48,182 nt of DNA from Candidatus Uhrbacteria bacterium RIFCSPLOWO2_01_FULL_47_25 (GCA_001791325.1 MGEK01000006.1:1-48182); one strand, 5' to 3'; counted from the first letter of the stretch, positions 11,801-22,407 are shown. The notes: a model not told the origin generated them from the sequence alone. Translations and numbers: made by a program.

Positions 11801-11976
11801 AGACTTTTGCTTTCACTCCAAACGTTCCCGGTTTATATAAAATTAAGCTGACGGTGACAGATAGAATATCTGACCCTGTTCCACTTTCCACCCCTCCTAT
11901 TGCGCCCAAGATTATCGGGATAGAGACTATGTTGACTCAAACTTTCCCTTCGTGGCGGGAGTTGAGGCCAAATTAA
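2836..11976 (+). CDS. Giant (3046 aa) multidomain surface adhesin: beta-propellers, IPT/TIG, DUF2341-like/ConA, LamG, NHL, PKD and WRE tail; PilY1-like
   Basis: Propeller blades (GNIYVAGYT), LamG (FDFDEGSG...GKALRFDG...FNGLIDDFRIYD), NHL (GIALDEQGNMYLADRANRRIQKF), PKD, terminal FPSWRELRPN. Lies directly upstream of the minor pilins. Start codon uncertain (2836-3043). Confidence 0.85.
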   Translation: MINKIFGEISTSVLKALGFSLFILLCQIIAGMKAKGETLRIHQMTEKDDTGRRRNENRKIPRILLRGIQMSFIFFFIVSPVKAWERAVPTSGNAAQVADSVISNGYLYAAYDQSVGTHSDWKIYKYGVNDGYDGWTVVTYNGTGNTDDHVRSVTTDGPNLYVAGCSIDSGGAYSIRLNRYDSQGNQTGSYSSLASTNECLNSITYYLGYIYGVSKDSATNKVEIYKWPTGTLSIVSGWPKPYQYGTAQTEAYDIAANVGGVYITGFANVTGQGENLLVAKFSLTVGAVTWVYNWNSSGASNERGSGLALDTLGNIYVAGYTNSGGTDDYLIVKVTNAGTLVIGSWPVIYNHGYGTSDDRAASIKFDLTTNRVYVSGWVTTSNGSDYYTMVRRTDGGSVTGFGPSGKATGTSDEAKSVEINGSIVYVTGTSDSKMWTITYTATAPRITSLTNYNPQTTSGGKQILINDSNFAPSTYKQRPIDITNSSGTALANYTVLVDLSSVAFSGEVSFFDSDLVTYLKYYAEGSKKYSVTIPSIGASGTRIYVRYNGGALWVPPSDAAGTFALYDDFEQNYASGSMPDGWQTYGSGEVQVGTDGSNKVLKKVTNSDPNGGGRDLSIPIQSGVGWEASMKIKSLSSGKVKFSLGNSSADGYGASVSFGTGRGRLFYGLQDDFRDRTRAWNGGTSFNNEVITNSEQPVPNDGQIGWEKLVNSPKNEGEYLAGRIRINGTGGKELYAKSCTDDNCIIGFTVPVASDEMPIFDLAYEASSGEGLAVWRDSVTNTKFDYRIWNGTSWGTVSSYNTSGNAIQWVKLIPNPANDTMALIWSQTGGNVGGVIWNGSSFINASPTYCTNLNNTDMWSFDAVWDFNGSKLLVACSSNTSDAATPYLKTYTYAGGTWSMATTSSSITAKTTAQVQLFANPSDANKIGLIKAGPSGTGAIQLGMWNGSTNTMTISKEVSSSSEQGSRQNNTAGAWLNQNQAIAVYTVSTAGDNKLYYSLWNTSSWSNGTVMNISSPMTVDAQKWIQVERLTDDNVMVTVSDGSKNIYSFTYTYNVGWALVSPYPLNSATLSQDNMRPFYYAPDQRYYKQTQDIEKRTAGVKSSLNNVALVMAYNTWYKIEMKKAGSNLELVLKDNNGAELGSVSDTNSVYNNFSKLFIHGDKNFYVDDIRVRPYAGSVGSEGVEAVVGASGSAPPVVVKIGGENGDAATVTGAINSQITATAPPKPVGFYDVYVQNPDGSSEICVGCMEYVAPPSGLYIDGQSPDYKKMEYAPADVVQGSANQRTIKGTGYNTNPSLCTIRELVGGVGGPDCLPQQSGFPLSSNNFKPPSRSTGSTLTLRVYGKSGSDQNGIYTDFPNAITYVTPPSITSIDGASPDARKMEYVPVNPVPEVVFDFDEGSGSTTSDSSGTMTGTLANSPIWVDGQEGYGKALRFDGYAQPSDYKYVSLGPDDVLDDLSQGTIMAWVKPAVNNNTFKGWFQAGKNGQCLNSIELAVIDNQFAVWGGTPPPPPGDGCIDPGPTLYAQAEITDTPLKPFIGWHHLAYVVNNTSPDIGFKLYIDGTAVTPTFPLTPPPSASPSSRGSSSSTLFFAQMAGSPQKYRVGATEWPQETFNGLIDDFRIYDEPLSAVEILAAMSGSPASVQMVERVISGTNLADFSGPPTSGSVVQTNDGTTKTGFNLTGKSFSQTEVIRTVPGDPESASVALTPIPQTSTLTQTDNSNNTASPNPAPPPATIKGGWNNIGSVFNNTRQKGRGDGAKVQLKKSMNSDPGSEPPSYNGIINTVAGIISMATDDSNNVYIATQLGSEAKDIKKYSPDGALITEFDSSSLTPVAGSPTGIAVTPDGNYIYVLYTFSATDCQCVKQFELNGTAYQFTNKVFNDAGNGGSYYNIGLAVDDRNEYLYVVDNARVKIHKFRVSDATEDTTWGSGLSNPHALVFDSTYTFLYLMDTGNNRVVKFTTNGVNAGTWPFPIGTGAGQIVSNSVYGIALDEQGNMYLADRANRRIQKFNSSGAPISQFGNSECNAVTASNQCYTIAIDPDSNIYVGDYDGNDHRIYKYKYNYYSTGTYTSYVDGGGGANHAWKTFWWDQTLNLGSTIAAKVKSSDSASAPSFAGCDDVTNGASLVSNSCVSSADRYLWYQFTLNAGSGIVIPNPIDTAGDVGRNASLAIGLDGYIRIAYWDMTNGYLKFIQCTNTECSTNNKTTLDSVSKNGFDVSMVIGSDGYARIAYWDYTVSSVKFIQCTNADCSTKNINTVDSSPDLGNIWSVSLALNSNNYGRISYHEYSNGNLKFAQCTNASCSTKNITIVDSAGDVGFHNSIAVDSNGYARIAYWDRTNGDLKFAQCTSADCSTKNITIVDSTDNPGSENSIAIGSYGNARIAYYEFVSKTLKFAQCTSADCSTKNITTVDSVQGAGWYTSIAIGADGYPRIAYHDHINDDLKFAQCTSADCSTKNITTVDSVNNVGQHTSLAIGADGNVRIAYFDFSNKDLKLAFILSGNATTPTLDEVRVDVDTDTYPTDPTKGIFTSGPIDIDFGAESWGDFSWNPTTQPGNSSITMQARSCVDSSCYIADSWGPSCSINNGGSLSGNSCVHVGHKYIQYQATLTTTDISVTPSLDDVTINYSVYGASVGVSSVKVGSKYAAAVKTGPSSTQLTITMPSLSEGTYSLLVFGENGSEQNGVSDILLSAFTYEYRPGENGSNPPPDGLTLTQPYIATTGGDPRQRIITSQVSNLGSTRSVVLADSATVERLVGSTATSITFNVPNHSKGAVGVIAYSEHGTADNGVFSTVTLTFADPPKISYFDPGQCFINLDGEPIKVFGTDFKFGDPPNDGGVGLLNDDTGLWMNIATAPDPNPNPDGVIFTLPSAAAAGLIDSQTGDLEIDPATGEQKGTLLRFYSTYSMEEFIWMPISYGNRAPVPKIKILLNGVAEWPKYLKQGRSYNLTGQASYDPEPRIDDSDLLCSQGGIVNYVWDVINPPSGYNGDPSWLGQTFAFTPNVPGLYKIKLTVTDRISDPVPLSTPPIAPKIIGIETMLTQTFPSWRELRPN
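3012..3039. mobile_element. Miniature CCCCG...CGGGG element with AATA direct repeat, in frame
   Basis: AATA-CCCCGCATCTTGTTGCGGGG-AATA; 20+4=24 bp. Confidence 0.55.
9295..10320 (+). repeat. Seven intragenic repeats of about 150 bp (predicted 7-bladed propeller)
   Basis: Seven I(A/S)Y...(L/V)K(F/L) units. The DNA block CTCAAATTTGCCCAATGCACC...TGCTCAACGAAAAACAT recurs almost identically. Confidence 0.85.
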
Positions 11977-11989
11977 CGAGATGTAGCGC

Positions 11990-12583
11990 ATGGATATAAG
12001 AGAATGCCCGCGCGGGTATAGCATTGTCGAGGCGCTGGTAACCTTGTTTATTGTAGCCACAGTTGTAACTTTGTCGCTGGCAAATTATCGCACGGCGCAA
12101 AACGCCGCTCTACTTCGTCAAACTGTGGTCAATGTGGAAGGGGCCTTGCGCGACGCCCAACAGCACGCTTTGGCCGGCACTGTGGCTGACACCGGCGCGA
12201 CTTATGGATACGGCGTGCATTTTGATACTACAGCTTTGCCATATACAGTTTATGCGGATAAGGACGACGATAATGACCTTTTTTTTGACGGTGAGCCGAC
12301 GGATTTTAAATTTGCAAATCAGCCAGAGTCTCGGCCAGCAAAAATTAGCTTAACGATTGGAGTTACTGGAGTATGCGGTTCTTCAAATGCTGTTGATGTG
12401 GCTTTTCAGCCCCCCTTGCCATCAGTGTCTATAAAAAAGGAGGCCGACTTTGTAAGTGATTGCGACATTGCGTGCCTTGACTTGAGCCTTGGCGGCAAAA
12501 CTTCTCGCGTTAAAGTAACGCGCGAATCTGGGCTTATTGAAACAATCAATAATCAGGATCCGGCGGCGGGGTGTTCCACATAA
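11990..12583 (+). CDS. Type IV minor pilin (FimT/FimU-like)
   Basis: Class III signal RG|YSIVE followed by a hydrophobic helix; YGYGVHF motif. Confidence 0.85.
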   Translation: MDIRECPRGYSIVEALVTLFIVATVVTLSLANYRTAQNAALLRQTVVNVEGALRDAQQHALAGTVADTGATYGYGVHFDTTALPYTVYADKDDDNDLFFDGEPTDFKFANQPESRPAKISLTIGVTGVCGSSNAVDVAFQPPLPSVSIKKEADFVSDCDIACLDLSLGGKTSRVKVTRESGLIETINNQDPAAGCST

Positions 12584-12646
12584 ATATCCCACTAATAAAC
12601 ACTAATAATGAACTAATAGACACCAAGCTCAAATGTCAAATATACT

Positions 12647-12740
12647 TACGAAAGTACGAAACTATACGAAAGGTACGAAAAAGCCGCATATTCACCCCAT
12701 CAACCAATTTCGTACATACGTACTATTTCGTACTTTCGTA
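12647..12740. repeat. TACGAA-type inverted repeat element, copy 1
   Basis: Perfect 15-bp IR TACGAAAGTACGAAA...TTTCGTACTTTCGTA. Confidence 0.85.
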
Positions 12741-12768
12741 TGAATGTAGAGATTAGATATTAAATACT

Positions 12769-13350
12769 ATGTCATCTGCTGATAAATACAGAAACCAAAC
12801 TTTTAATCATGCCAACAAGAATAGGGGAGTAAGAGGGTTTACCATTATTGAGCTTATAGTCGTTATCGGCATATTGAGCGGCGGTATCGTGGCCGTGCAA
12901 ACAGCCATTCAATACGGCTTAAGAAACGCCGTTGTTGTTTCTGATGGCATTGTGGCCGCGCACTTGGCTGAAGAAGGCCTAGAACTTATTCGCAATGTGC
13001 GCGACGGCAATTGGGCAATCAGACAATTTCAACAACCGACTCCCACAGCAGATACTTGGGATGAGCTCAGTACTGGATATTATCGTTTGGATTATCTTCT
13101 TAGTAATGGAGTTTCTAGACTTTATTCTGGCGCTCCGGCTACTTGCCAGGACGGACAAGTATTGAATTTTGACTCAACCAGCGGCTTATATTCTTATGCT
13201 GGGGGTACTTTTTCAAAATTTAGAAGGGTTGTAAATATAACTAATAATACCACTTATATTGAAGTCAGCAGTCAGGTCTGCTGGACCGACAGCATTGGCC
13301 CTCATGAAATTATCATAACCGAGCGTTTGTATGATTGGCGGCCAGAATAG
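12769..13350 (+). CDS. Type IV minor pilin (PilV-like)
   Basis: RG|FTIIE; A..LAEEGLELIRN motif. Confidence 0.85.
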   Translation: MSSADKYRNQTFNHANKNRGVRGFTIIELIVVIGILSGGIVAVQTAIQYGLRNAVVVSDGIVAAHLAEEGLELIRNVRDGNWAIRQFQQPTPTADTWDELSTGYYRLDYLLSNGVSRLYSGAPATCQDGQVLNFDSTSGLYSYAGGTFSKFRRVVNITNNTTYIEVSSQVCWTDSIGPHEIIITERLYDWRPE

Positions 13351-13885
13351 ATGCATCAAATACACGCAAAGCAAGCCCCAAGGCCAAACACTGCTTGAGC
13401 TTATTGTGGTTCTGGGAATTTTCTTAACGATGGTTAGCGCCATTGTGGGCAGTTTTATTTCGGCCATTGCCGCGGAACGGCGGGCCATCACCTCCCAAGA
13501 AGTTTTAAGCAATGCCCGCGCTACTATTGAAACAATGATGCGGGCAATAAGACAGGCCGATCCGGATACGATCACGACAGCTCCTGCAGTTTGTGCTTCT
13601 TCGCCGTGTCTTGAATTTAACCATCCAATTAAGGGCGTGATGCAATATTATTTGTCGGGAACACAAATTTATGAAAATAGCGGCGGCAGTGATTTTTTCA
13701 TAACGCCAGATAACGTCAACGTACAAAGTTTGGGGTTCATTCTCATAGGTAATGATCCGATTACTGGCACCAGCGATCAAATTCAACCAAGAGTAACAAT
13801 GACCGTCGCTGTTAGAGCGAACCCTGCCGGCGGCCCAACTTTGAGTTTACAGACAACAGTGTCATTAAGAAGCCCACAGGAATAG
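13331..13885 (+). CDS. Type IV minor pilin (PilW-like)
   Basis: QG|QTLLE followed by a hydrophobic helix; NARATIETMMRAIRQA. Confidence 0.85.
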   Translation: MIGGQNRCIKYTQSKPQGQTLLELIVVLGIFLTMVSAIVGSFISAIAAERRAITSQEVLSNARATIETMMRAIRQADPDTITTAPAVCASSPCLEFNHPIKGVMQYYLSGTQIYENSGGSDFFITPDNVNVQSLGFILIGNDPITGTSDQIQPRVTMTVAVRANPAGGPTLSLQTTVSLRSPQE

Positions 13886-13982
13886 ATTATTATTTGATCG
13901 GGAATATTGAATATAGAATTTAGAATATACAAAATGGCGATAATTCTGAATAATTAATATTAATAATGAGTGTTAAGCCCCT

Positions 13983-14417
13983 ATGATCAAATACCAATAT
14001 TCCATATTCCATATTCCATATTCTAGGGCTTCGCGGAAACCAACCGGTTATGCTTTGCTCTTAACCATTATGGTGATGTCCACCATGCTGGTAATAGGGC
14101 TCACAATTACCGGTATTGTGCTGACCCAGGCTCGTTTAAGCACGAGAGTTTTTAACGCTATGAAAGCTTTGGCTATGGCTGATAGCGGGATAGAAAGAGG
14201 GTTGTATGAGGATTTTATGGCACCTCCAGTGGGTTTGGGGATTTGGGGCCCTACTGTTCCTAATGCAACTATAGGTCCAGAGATTGTTGGCAACGGATCA
14301 TATACAGTGGAAAAATGTCCGGCTGGCGTCAGCCCATGTGGACCTCCCGATGCTACTACCTTACGTTCCATTGGCACATACGGCGGCGCGCAGAGGTCGG
14401 TGGAAGTATCATATTGA
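13983..14417 (+). CDS. Type IV minor pilin (PilX-like)
   Basis: TG|YALLL lacks Glu5, as is typical of PilX/GspK; KALAMADSGIERGL. Confidence 0.85.
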   Translation: MIKYQYSIFHIPYSRASRKPTGYALLLTIMVMSTMLVIGLTITGIVLTQARLSTRVFNAMKALAMADSGIERGLYEDFMAPPVGLGIWGPTVPNATIGPEIVGNGSYTVEKCPAGVSPCGPPDATTLRSIGTYGGAQRSVEVSY

Positions 14418-14536
14418 AAAATTTCTAAGCACTAAGCACGAATTTCTAAACAAATCCCAATATCTAATTCACAAATATCAATTGTTTGGAACATTGGAAT
14501 TTCGAGCTTAGATATTGTTTAGAGATTAGAAATTAG

Positions 14537-16699
<2,163 letters not shown>

Positions 16700-16920
16700 T
16701 TGGTATAATAATTGTGTCATATATAGAGCAAGAATTACCCATCTCACTCTTAACCACTATCTTTCGCAATCGAGCAAGATAGTGGCAACTCTGAATTGTT
16801 GAAAAAAGTGAAGCTCCATGGCTTTGTCCGCTCAGGTAGCCGCGTCCGCCAGTTGGCGGATCAAGCTGGTAGAACCTCTGGACGCAACATTATTTTTTCT
16901 TTATTATAGCTATATCATTT

Positions 16921-17214
16921 ATGTCACTCACCAGAGAAGAAGTTAAACATATTGCCGCATTGGCTCGCCTAGAGCTGACGGAGGACGAGATTACGCGCTA
17001 TCAAAAGGAATTAGCGCGTATTCTTGATTATGTGGGGCAGCTTCAAGAAGTGGATACGGCGGGTATTGAGCCGACAGCGCAGGTAACAGGGCTTGTCAAT
17101 CGTTTGCGGGAAGACAAATCTATCTTGGTAGATGAGGAGGCCCGGAAGTGTTTACTGTCAGCCGCGCCAGACCGCGAGGGTGACTATTTCAAAGTGAAAG
17201 CGGTGTTTGAATAA
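16921..17214 (+). CDS. gatC: Asp/Glu-tRNA amidotransferase subunit C
   Basis: EEVKHIAALARLEL...LRED...YFKVKAV; upstream of gatA. Confidence 0.95.
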   Translation: MSLTREEVKHIAALARLELTEDEITRYQKELARILDYVGQLQEVDTAGIEPTAQVTGLVNRLREDKSILVDEEARKCLLSAAPDREGDYFKVKAVFE

Positions 17215-17231
17215 TGACGAAATATTCTTTT

Positions 17232-17326
17232 TACGAAATTACGAAATAATACTAAAGGTACGAAAAATGACTTATTCTTTGAGCAAACGATATTTCGTAC
17301 ATTCGTATTGTTTTCGTACTTTCGTA
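17232..17326. repeat. TACGAA-type inverted repeat element, copy 2
   Basis: TACGAAATTACGAAA...TTTCGTACTTTCGTA between gatC and gatA. Confidence 0.85.
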
Positions 17327-17363
17327 TGGGTCTAGAGATTAGTGCTTAGAAATTATACTTGTT

Positions 17364-18851
17364 ATGCATTTATACGAGCTAGATGTTGTTGCCACTGCCG
17401 AGGGGTTGAGGCAGAAGGAGTTTTCTTCAGTTGAGGCGACGCAGGCATATCTTGAGCGCATTGATAATTTGAATCCAAAACTGAACGCTTATCTTACGGT
17501 GGCGGCTGCTGAAGCTTTGGCCGCGGCGAAAACTGCTGATGAGCGTCGTCGCCGCGGGGAAGATGGGAATCTTTTGGGTGTGCCATTAGCCATTAAGGAC
17601 AATATAACGACCGTGGGCATTCGCACCACAGCCGCCTCAAAAATTTTGGAAAATTATCAATCAGCATACGACGCGACAGTGATTAAAAAATTGAAAGACG
17701 CGGGCGCTGTAATTTTAGGCAAAACCAATCTTGATGAATTCGCGCACGGCGCTTCCACGGAGAATTCTGCTTTTGGGCCGACAAAAAATCCTTGGGACAC
17801 AACGCGCGTGCCCGGCGGTTCTTCCGGCGGTTCGGCCGCGGCCGTGGCTAGCGACCTTTGCGCCGGCGCGTTGGGCTCGGACACGGGCGGGTCAATTCGC
17901 TATCCGGCCACATTTTGCGGAGTGGTCGGCTTAAAAACCAGTTATGGACGAGTATCGCGCTCCGGCCTTTTGTCTATGACTTCGTCAACTGATGTCATTG
18001 GGCCGATAACCAAAAGTATTCACGACGCGGCTGTACTGCTTCAGACCATCGCTGGACCAGATTCTTTAGATCAGACAACATATCCAAAATCGCCTCGCGA
18101 CAATGAATACGCGGAAGCTATTAGCACTCGGGCCGATTTAAAGGGCTTAAGATTCGGTGTACCTAAAGAATGGCTTAGTGTTGGCGGTTTAACAGCGGGA
18201 GTTGCCAAAATGATCAAAGAAGCTATTGGCACTGTTCAGAAACTTGGAGGTGAGGTTGTAGATGTGTCTTTACCGTACGCTAAATATGGTATCCCTGTTT
18301 ATTATGTTATAACTCCGTCAGAAATCAGCGCCAATTTAGCGCGCTACGATGGGATTCGTTACGGTTATCATGCGACCGAGGCTACCAATCTGTTTGATGT
18401 CTATGCCAAATCGCGTGGCAAGGGTTTTGGGCCGGAAGCCAAGCGGCGTATTATGATTGGCACGTACGCTTTGTCGCACGGCTATTATGATGCCTATTAT
18501 CTGCAGGCGCAGAAAGTGAGAACGATAATATGTCAAGACTTTGACAAAGTTTTTAAATCAGTAGATGCCATTATTGGCCCGGCCGCGCCTCATGTCGCAT
18601 TCAAACTTGGCGCGAAAGTTAGTGACCCCTTAAAAATGTATTTGGAAGATATTTTTATGAGTCCGGCGAGTTTAGCGGGACTCCCAAGTTTGGTTTTGCC
18701 GGCTGGTTTTGCTAAACCCGAAGAGGGGGGCGAGGAGATGCCAGTGGGTTTGCAAATAATCGGCCGTCGGTTTGATGAAGCGGCACTGTTCGCCATAGGC
18801 CACTGTTTTGAGCAGGCGACGGAGCACCATATAAGGAGACCCAAACTCTAA
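17364..18851 (+). CDS. gatA: Asp/Glu-tRNA amidotransferase subunit A
   Basis: Amidase signature GGSSGGS, GSDTGGSIR, NLARYDG, KRRIMIGTY. Confidence 0.97.
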   Translation: MHLYELDVVATAEGLRQKEFSSVEATQAYLERIDNLNPKLNAYLTVAAAEALAAAKTADERRRRGEDGNLLGVPLAIKDNITTVGIRTTAASKILENYQSAYDATVIKKLKDAGAVILGKTNLDEFAHGASTENSAFGPTKNPWDTTRVPGGSSGGSAAAVASDLCAGALGSDTGGSIRYPATFCGVVGLKTSYGRVSRSGLLSMTSSTDVIGPITKSIHDAAVLLQTIAGPDSLDQTTYPKSPRDNEYAEAISTRADLKGLRFGVPKEWLSVGGLTAGVAKMIKEAIGTVQKLGGEVVDVSLPYAKYGIPVYYVITPSEISANLARYDGIRYGYHATEATNLFDVYAKSRGKGFGPEAKRRIMIGTYALSHGYYDAYYLQAQKVRTIICQDFDKVFKSVDAIIGPAAPHVAFKLGAKVSDPLKMYLEDIFMSPASLAGLPSLVLPAGFAKPEEGGEEMPVGLQIIGRRFDEAALFAIGHCFEQATEHHIRRPKL

Positions 18852-18907
18852 GCACGAATTTCATGCCCAGAATATGGAATATAGAATATTGAATACAGGA
18901 ATATGCT

Positions 18908-18992
18908 TACAAAATTACGAAAAGATACGAAAAATCGTTTGTCGCAGGTTAAATGGCATTTCGTATATTCGTATTGATTTCGTACTTTCGTA
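18908..18992. repeat. TACGAA-type inverted repeat element, copy 3
   Basis: TACAAAATTACGAAA...TTTCGTACTTTCGTA. Confidence 0.8.
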
Positions 18993-19007
18993 TGGGTACA
19001 GAAATTT

Positions 19008-19436
19008 ATGCGATTGACTATTTTATTGCTAACGGCTGTACTGGGGGTCGTTGTCGGCCTTATTTATTTGTTGAAATATCTAAAGAGGCGCTCTTATGCG
19101 CGTGATTTTAGAATTAACGACCGTTTAGCTTGGCAAAAGAGGTGGCAAGAGTTGGAGGCCATGCTCGCGGGGGGTTCGTCGCAGTGGGCTGTCGCGGTGA
19201 TTGAAGCCGACAAATTATTTGATCGGGTGACGCGCTCAATGGCCCTGCCGGGCAAGGATTTTGGCGAACGCCTGCGTTTTCTTTCTTTAAGCAGGCCAGA
19301 AATTAGGGCTGTCTGGCCCGCTCATTTAATACGGAATCGTTTAGTTCATGAAGCACATTATGAACTTGACCGGCGCACGGCTATCAGCGTCTTAAAAACG
19401 TTTGAGCGAGCATTGAAGGATTTGGGAATATTGTAA
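19008..19436 (+). CDS. Membrane-anchored hypothetical protein with HEPN-like RxxxxH
   Basis: N-terminal TM, AVIEADK..D, G..FGERL, RNRLVHE. Confidence 0.7.
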   Translation: MRLTILLLTAVLGVVVGLIYLLKYLKRRSYARDFRINDRLAWQKRWQELEAMLAGGSSQWAVAVIEADKLFDRVTRSMALPGKDFGERLRFLSLSRPEIRAVWPAHLIRNRLVHEAHYELDRRTAISVLKTFERALKDLGIL

Positions 19437-19763
19437 TTGTAATTGATTATGCCATTTATAAATAGATTAATCTTATATGTTTTTGTCAAACATGGAATCA
19501 TTAACGATTTACAAATGTCGTTTGACATATTTGAATTTTTTTGATACAATAACAACATAAAATAATTAAGTCTGGTACTTACGCACTTCATATCATAGAT
19601 TTCTAGTGATTTTGATGAATTTTGACTAACAACACTAATAACTTTTTAAGAATCAAGATAAGAAATGGGCAACTTTTGTAATATGGAATACGTAATTTAG
19701 GCGTCGTATAACGTTAAAATGCGTAGGCCCTATTAAGTATAAATAAAATAGAGGGGAGCCCAT

Positions 19764-22283
19764 ATGTTTTTTAATTCACATATTAAACTTGTCAAACTCA
19801 AGCGGAATAAAGTCTGTCGCGCTTGGTACAACCGTCCAGAGCATATATTCTGGCACTGGTTTATTATTGGTAGTTGGCTTACTCTCGCCTTGCTCGTGAT
19901 TTTAGGAATCGGATTCAATCAAATGGTCTCGGTTGATGATTATGCGTTAATTAACTGGCCGTCAGCACAAGCACAAAGTGGACCAGTTGAATTCATTTCT
20001 ACCATCAAACAATCAGTGGGAGATTATAGCTCTTTAAGCTCGTGGTGGAACGCTATGAGCTCTGGAGGAATTGATCTTACAGTTACTTCAACAAAGGTTT
20101 TTTCTCACACTGGCATTACTGGAACCATTGCTGATGGCGCTCTGGTCACCGGGGACATGTCTGGAGCAACCGCTACCGCTGTGCATACAACCCCCACCCA
20201 GATTCTTCTCAAAAACATTGTCGGCACATTCCAATCGGATGAACCAGTCCGCGTTGATGCTTCAAATTACGTCACTCTTACTGATGTGGGCAATAGTGTA
20301 GCCCTCATAGCCAAAATAGACGGTACTTGGACAGTAGCTGATACAGCCTATGTCAACATCCAAAATGCGATTACCTCGGCCTCCAATTATATCAAAATCT
20401 ATACAACACCTGTGGCTAGACATACAGGAAAATGGGATGACACCAAATATCGTCTGGTGATGACGAGTTGGCGGAATCCTATTGTTGTCTTTGTTAGCAA
20501 CGTAATAATCGATGGCTTACAAATACAGGCAAATAATCAACAAGATGGCAGAGGGATTGCTCACGGGGTGAGCGGTATTAGTAATGTTTTGGTTTCTAAT
20601 AATATTATTCGCTTTACCATTTCTCCTCCCGGCACCAATAATCGTGGAATCTCCTTTGCAGGAGTTCCTGCTGGCGGATCCGTAAAAATCTGGGATAATA
20701 TTGTCTATGGTTTTTATTACGGAATCTTCGGCAATCTTCAAAGTAACCAAGGATCAGTTTATATTTACAATAATACGGTTTCCGGAAACCAATACGGTAT
20801 TGTCCGTGGTGGCTATGGCAGCACTGTTTCTGCAAAAAATAATATTGCTGTGGATAGCGCTGTTCAAGATTACTACGCACAATACACGGCATTTAATAAT
20901 CCTGTTAACAATATTTCCTCCGATGCCACCTCTCCCAACACCTCGCTCCGCAACCAGACTGTCTCTTTTGTTGATACATCAAATAACGATTACCATCTTG
21001 CTTCTTCTGATACTGCCGCCAAAGATATGGGGGTTGACCTTTCCTCTGATGCCAATCTCGCCTTTGCTAGTGACATTGATGGTCAATCCAGACCGCAAGG
21101 ATCATCGTGGGATATTGGAGCAGATGAAGTTGAAGAAACGGTTAGCGCTCCTCCTTCATCCGGCGGCGGTTATATACGTAGTCCCACTTTTTCAGATAGC
21201 GGTTACGGTACAACAGATTTAATCATGGGCGGGACAGTTGTTTTTGGTCTTGGCGACGGTAGTTATGGCATCATTCGTATTCCGCCAGACTCTAGCGGTG
21301 GCAAAGTGGTACATCTCAGCATCGGTCAGGTAGCGTCATCTCAATTACCTAATTTGTCGCCCTTGCCCGGTGGCGCTGTCGTAGTTGGGCCTCTCTATCG
21401 TTTTACGGCAGCTTTAGATAATGGCACCCAAGCCGATCTTACCAAAGAAGCCACCATTGTTATGGAAGTCGTTGATCGCAGTATGGGGTTGTCTCTTTTT
21501 GATCAAGCGTCTTTGGCTATTTACCGTTACGATCCAACGCTTTCAGAATGGAAAAAATTTGACACCATTATGACCGTTTATTCCACCAATCTTATTTCCG
21601 TCGGAACGCAAACTAGCCAATTCGGCATATTCGCTTTGATGAGTGTTATACCCTCACCACCATCTTCTTCTGTAAATACTGCGCCTACGCCTTCTTCGGA
21701 CCAAAAACCGCCAGAACAGACTTCTCTCCCCTTACCTACCACGGCCTCGCTTTCTGGAATAATCACCGTTGATAGCTTTGGCGGCTCTACCTTACCCGAA
21801 GCAGTAGTCACGCTTCAACCAATAAATCTTACTGTTCGTACGGACGCGGTTGGGCATTACCAATTTGATGGGTTAAAAGAGGACGATTATTCTTTGGCTA
21901 TCAGCCAGTTCGGTTACCGTTCGTATACCAGCCGTATTATTACGGTTAAGGCAGGAGATACTCTCAAGAGAAATTTTTACTTATCTATTCTGTCATCGGG
22001 CACTCTGCAAGTCACCACGTCGGGGCGGCGGGATATTAGTTTAGAAAAACAGGCGCTCGGTATTTTTGGTCGTTTGTATAGCCGTCTTCCTCTGCAAGAG
22101 TCTGATTGGGTGCTGGTGCGTTATTTAGCTTATGGAGGTGCAATAGCTAAACGAGACCTTAGTGAGGAACGTCGGGCTATCAATCGTTTTTATACTATTT
22201 TCCGCTATCTGCCCTCCAGTACGCAGGACTGGCGCGTTGTTCATGTGTTGGGGTACGGTACCTTGATGAGTGTTATGAGATAG
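19764..22283 (+). CDS. Surface protein with beta-helix, choice-of-anchor Q-like and carboxypeptidase-regulatory-like domains
   Basis: TM anchor, NN-rich beta-helix, DYHL...A.D.G...DIDGQSRP....DIGADE, TDAVGHYQFDGL, duplicated C-terminal RD.S.E..A...F...P....DW. Confidence 0.75.
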   Translation: MFFNSHIKLVKLKRNKVCRAWYNRPEHIFWHWFIIGSWLTLALLVILGIGFNQMVSVDDYALINWPSAQAQSGPVEFISTIKQSVGDYSSLSSWWNAMSSGGIDLTVTSTKVFSHTGITGTIADGALVTGDMSGATATAVHTTPTQILLKNIVGTFQSDEPVRVDASNYVTLTDVGNSVALIAKIDGTWTVADTAYVNIQNAITSASNYIKIYTTPVARHTGKWDDTKYRLVMTSWRNPIVVFVSNVIIDGLQIQANNQQDGRGIAHGVSGISNVLVSNNIIRFTISPPGTNNRGISFAGVPAGGSVKIWDNIVYGFYYGIFGNLQSNQGSVYIYNNTVSGNQYGIVRGGYGSTVSAKNNIAVDSAVQDYYAQYTAFNNPVNNISSDATSPNTSLRNQTVSFVDTSNNDYHLASSDTAAKDMGVDLSSDANLAFASDIDGQSRPQGSSWDIGADEVEETVSAPPSSGGGYIRSPTFSDSGYGTTDLIMGGTVVFGLGDGSYGIIRIPPDSSGGKVVHLSIGQVASSQLPNLSPLPGGAVVVGPLYRFTAALDNGTQADLTKEATIVMEVVDRSMGLSLFDQASLAIYRYDPTLSEWKKFDTIMTVYSTNLISVGTQTSQFGIFALMSVIPSPPSSSVNTAPTPSSDQKPPEQTSLPLPTTASLSGIITVDSFGGSTLPEAVVTLQPINLTVRTDAVGHYQFDGLKEDDYSLAISQFGYRSYTSRIITVKAGDTLKRNFYLSILSSGTLQVTTSGRRDISLEKQALGIFGRLYSRLPLQESDWVLVRYLAYGGAIAKRDLSEERRAINRFYTIFRYLPSSTQDWRVVHVLGYGTLMSVMR

Positions 22284-22407
22284 ATGGAGAGATTTGTGTT
22301 GTGCGCTTGCTAGACATTCCTGATTTGAATAACAGAGCACGGTGCTTAGAGCGTTGAAAATACAAACGTCAGCATTTTTATTTAATGTCAATATTATTGA
22401 TAATATT

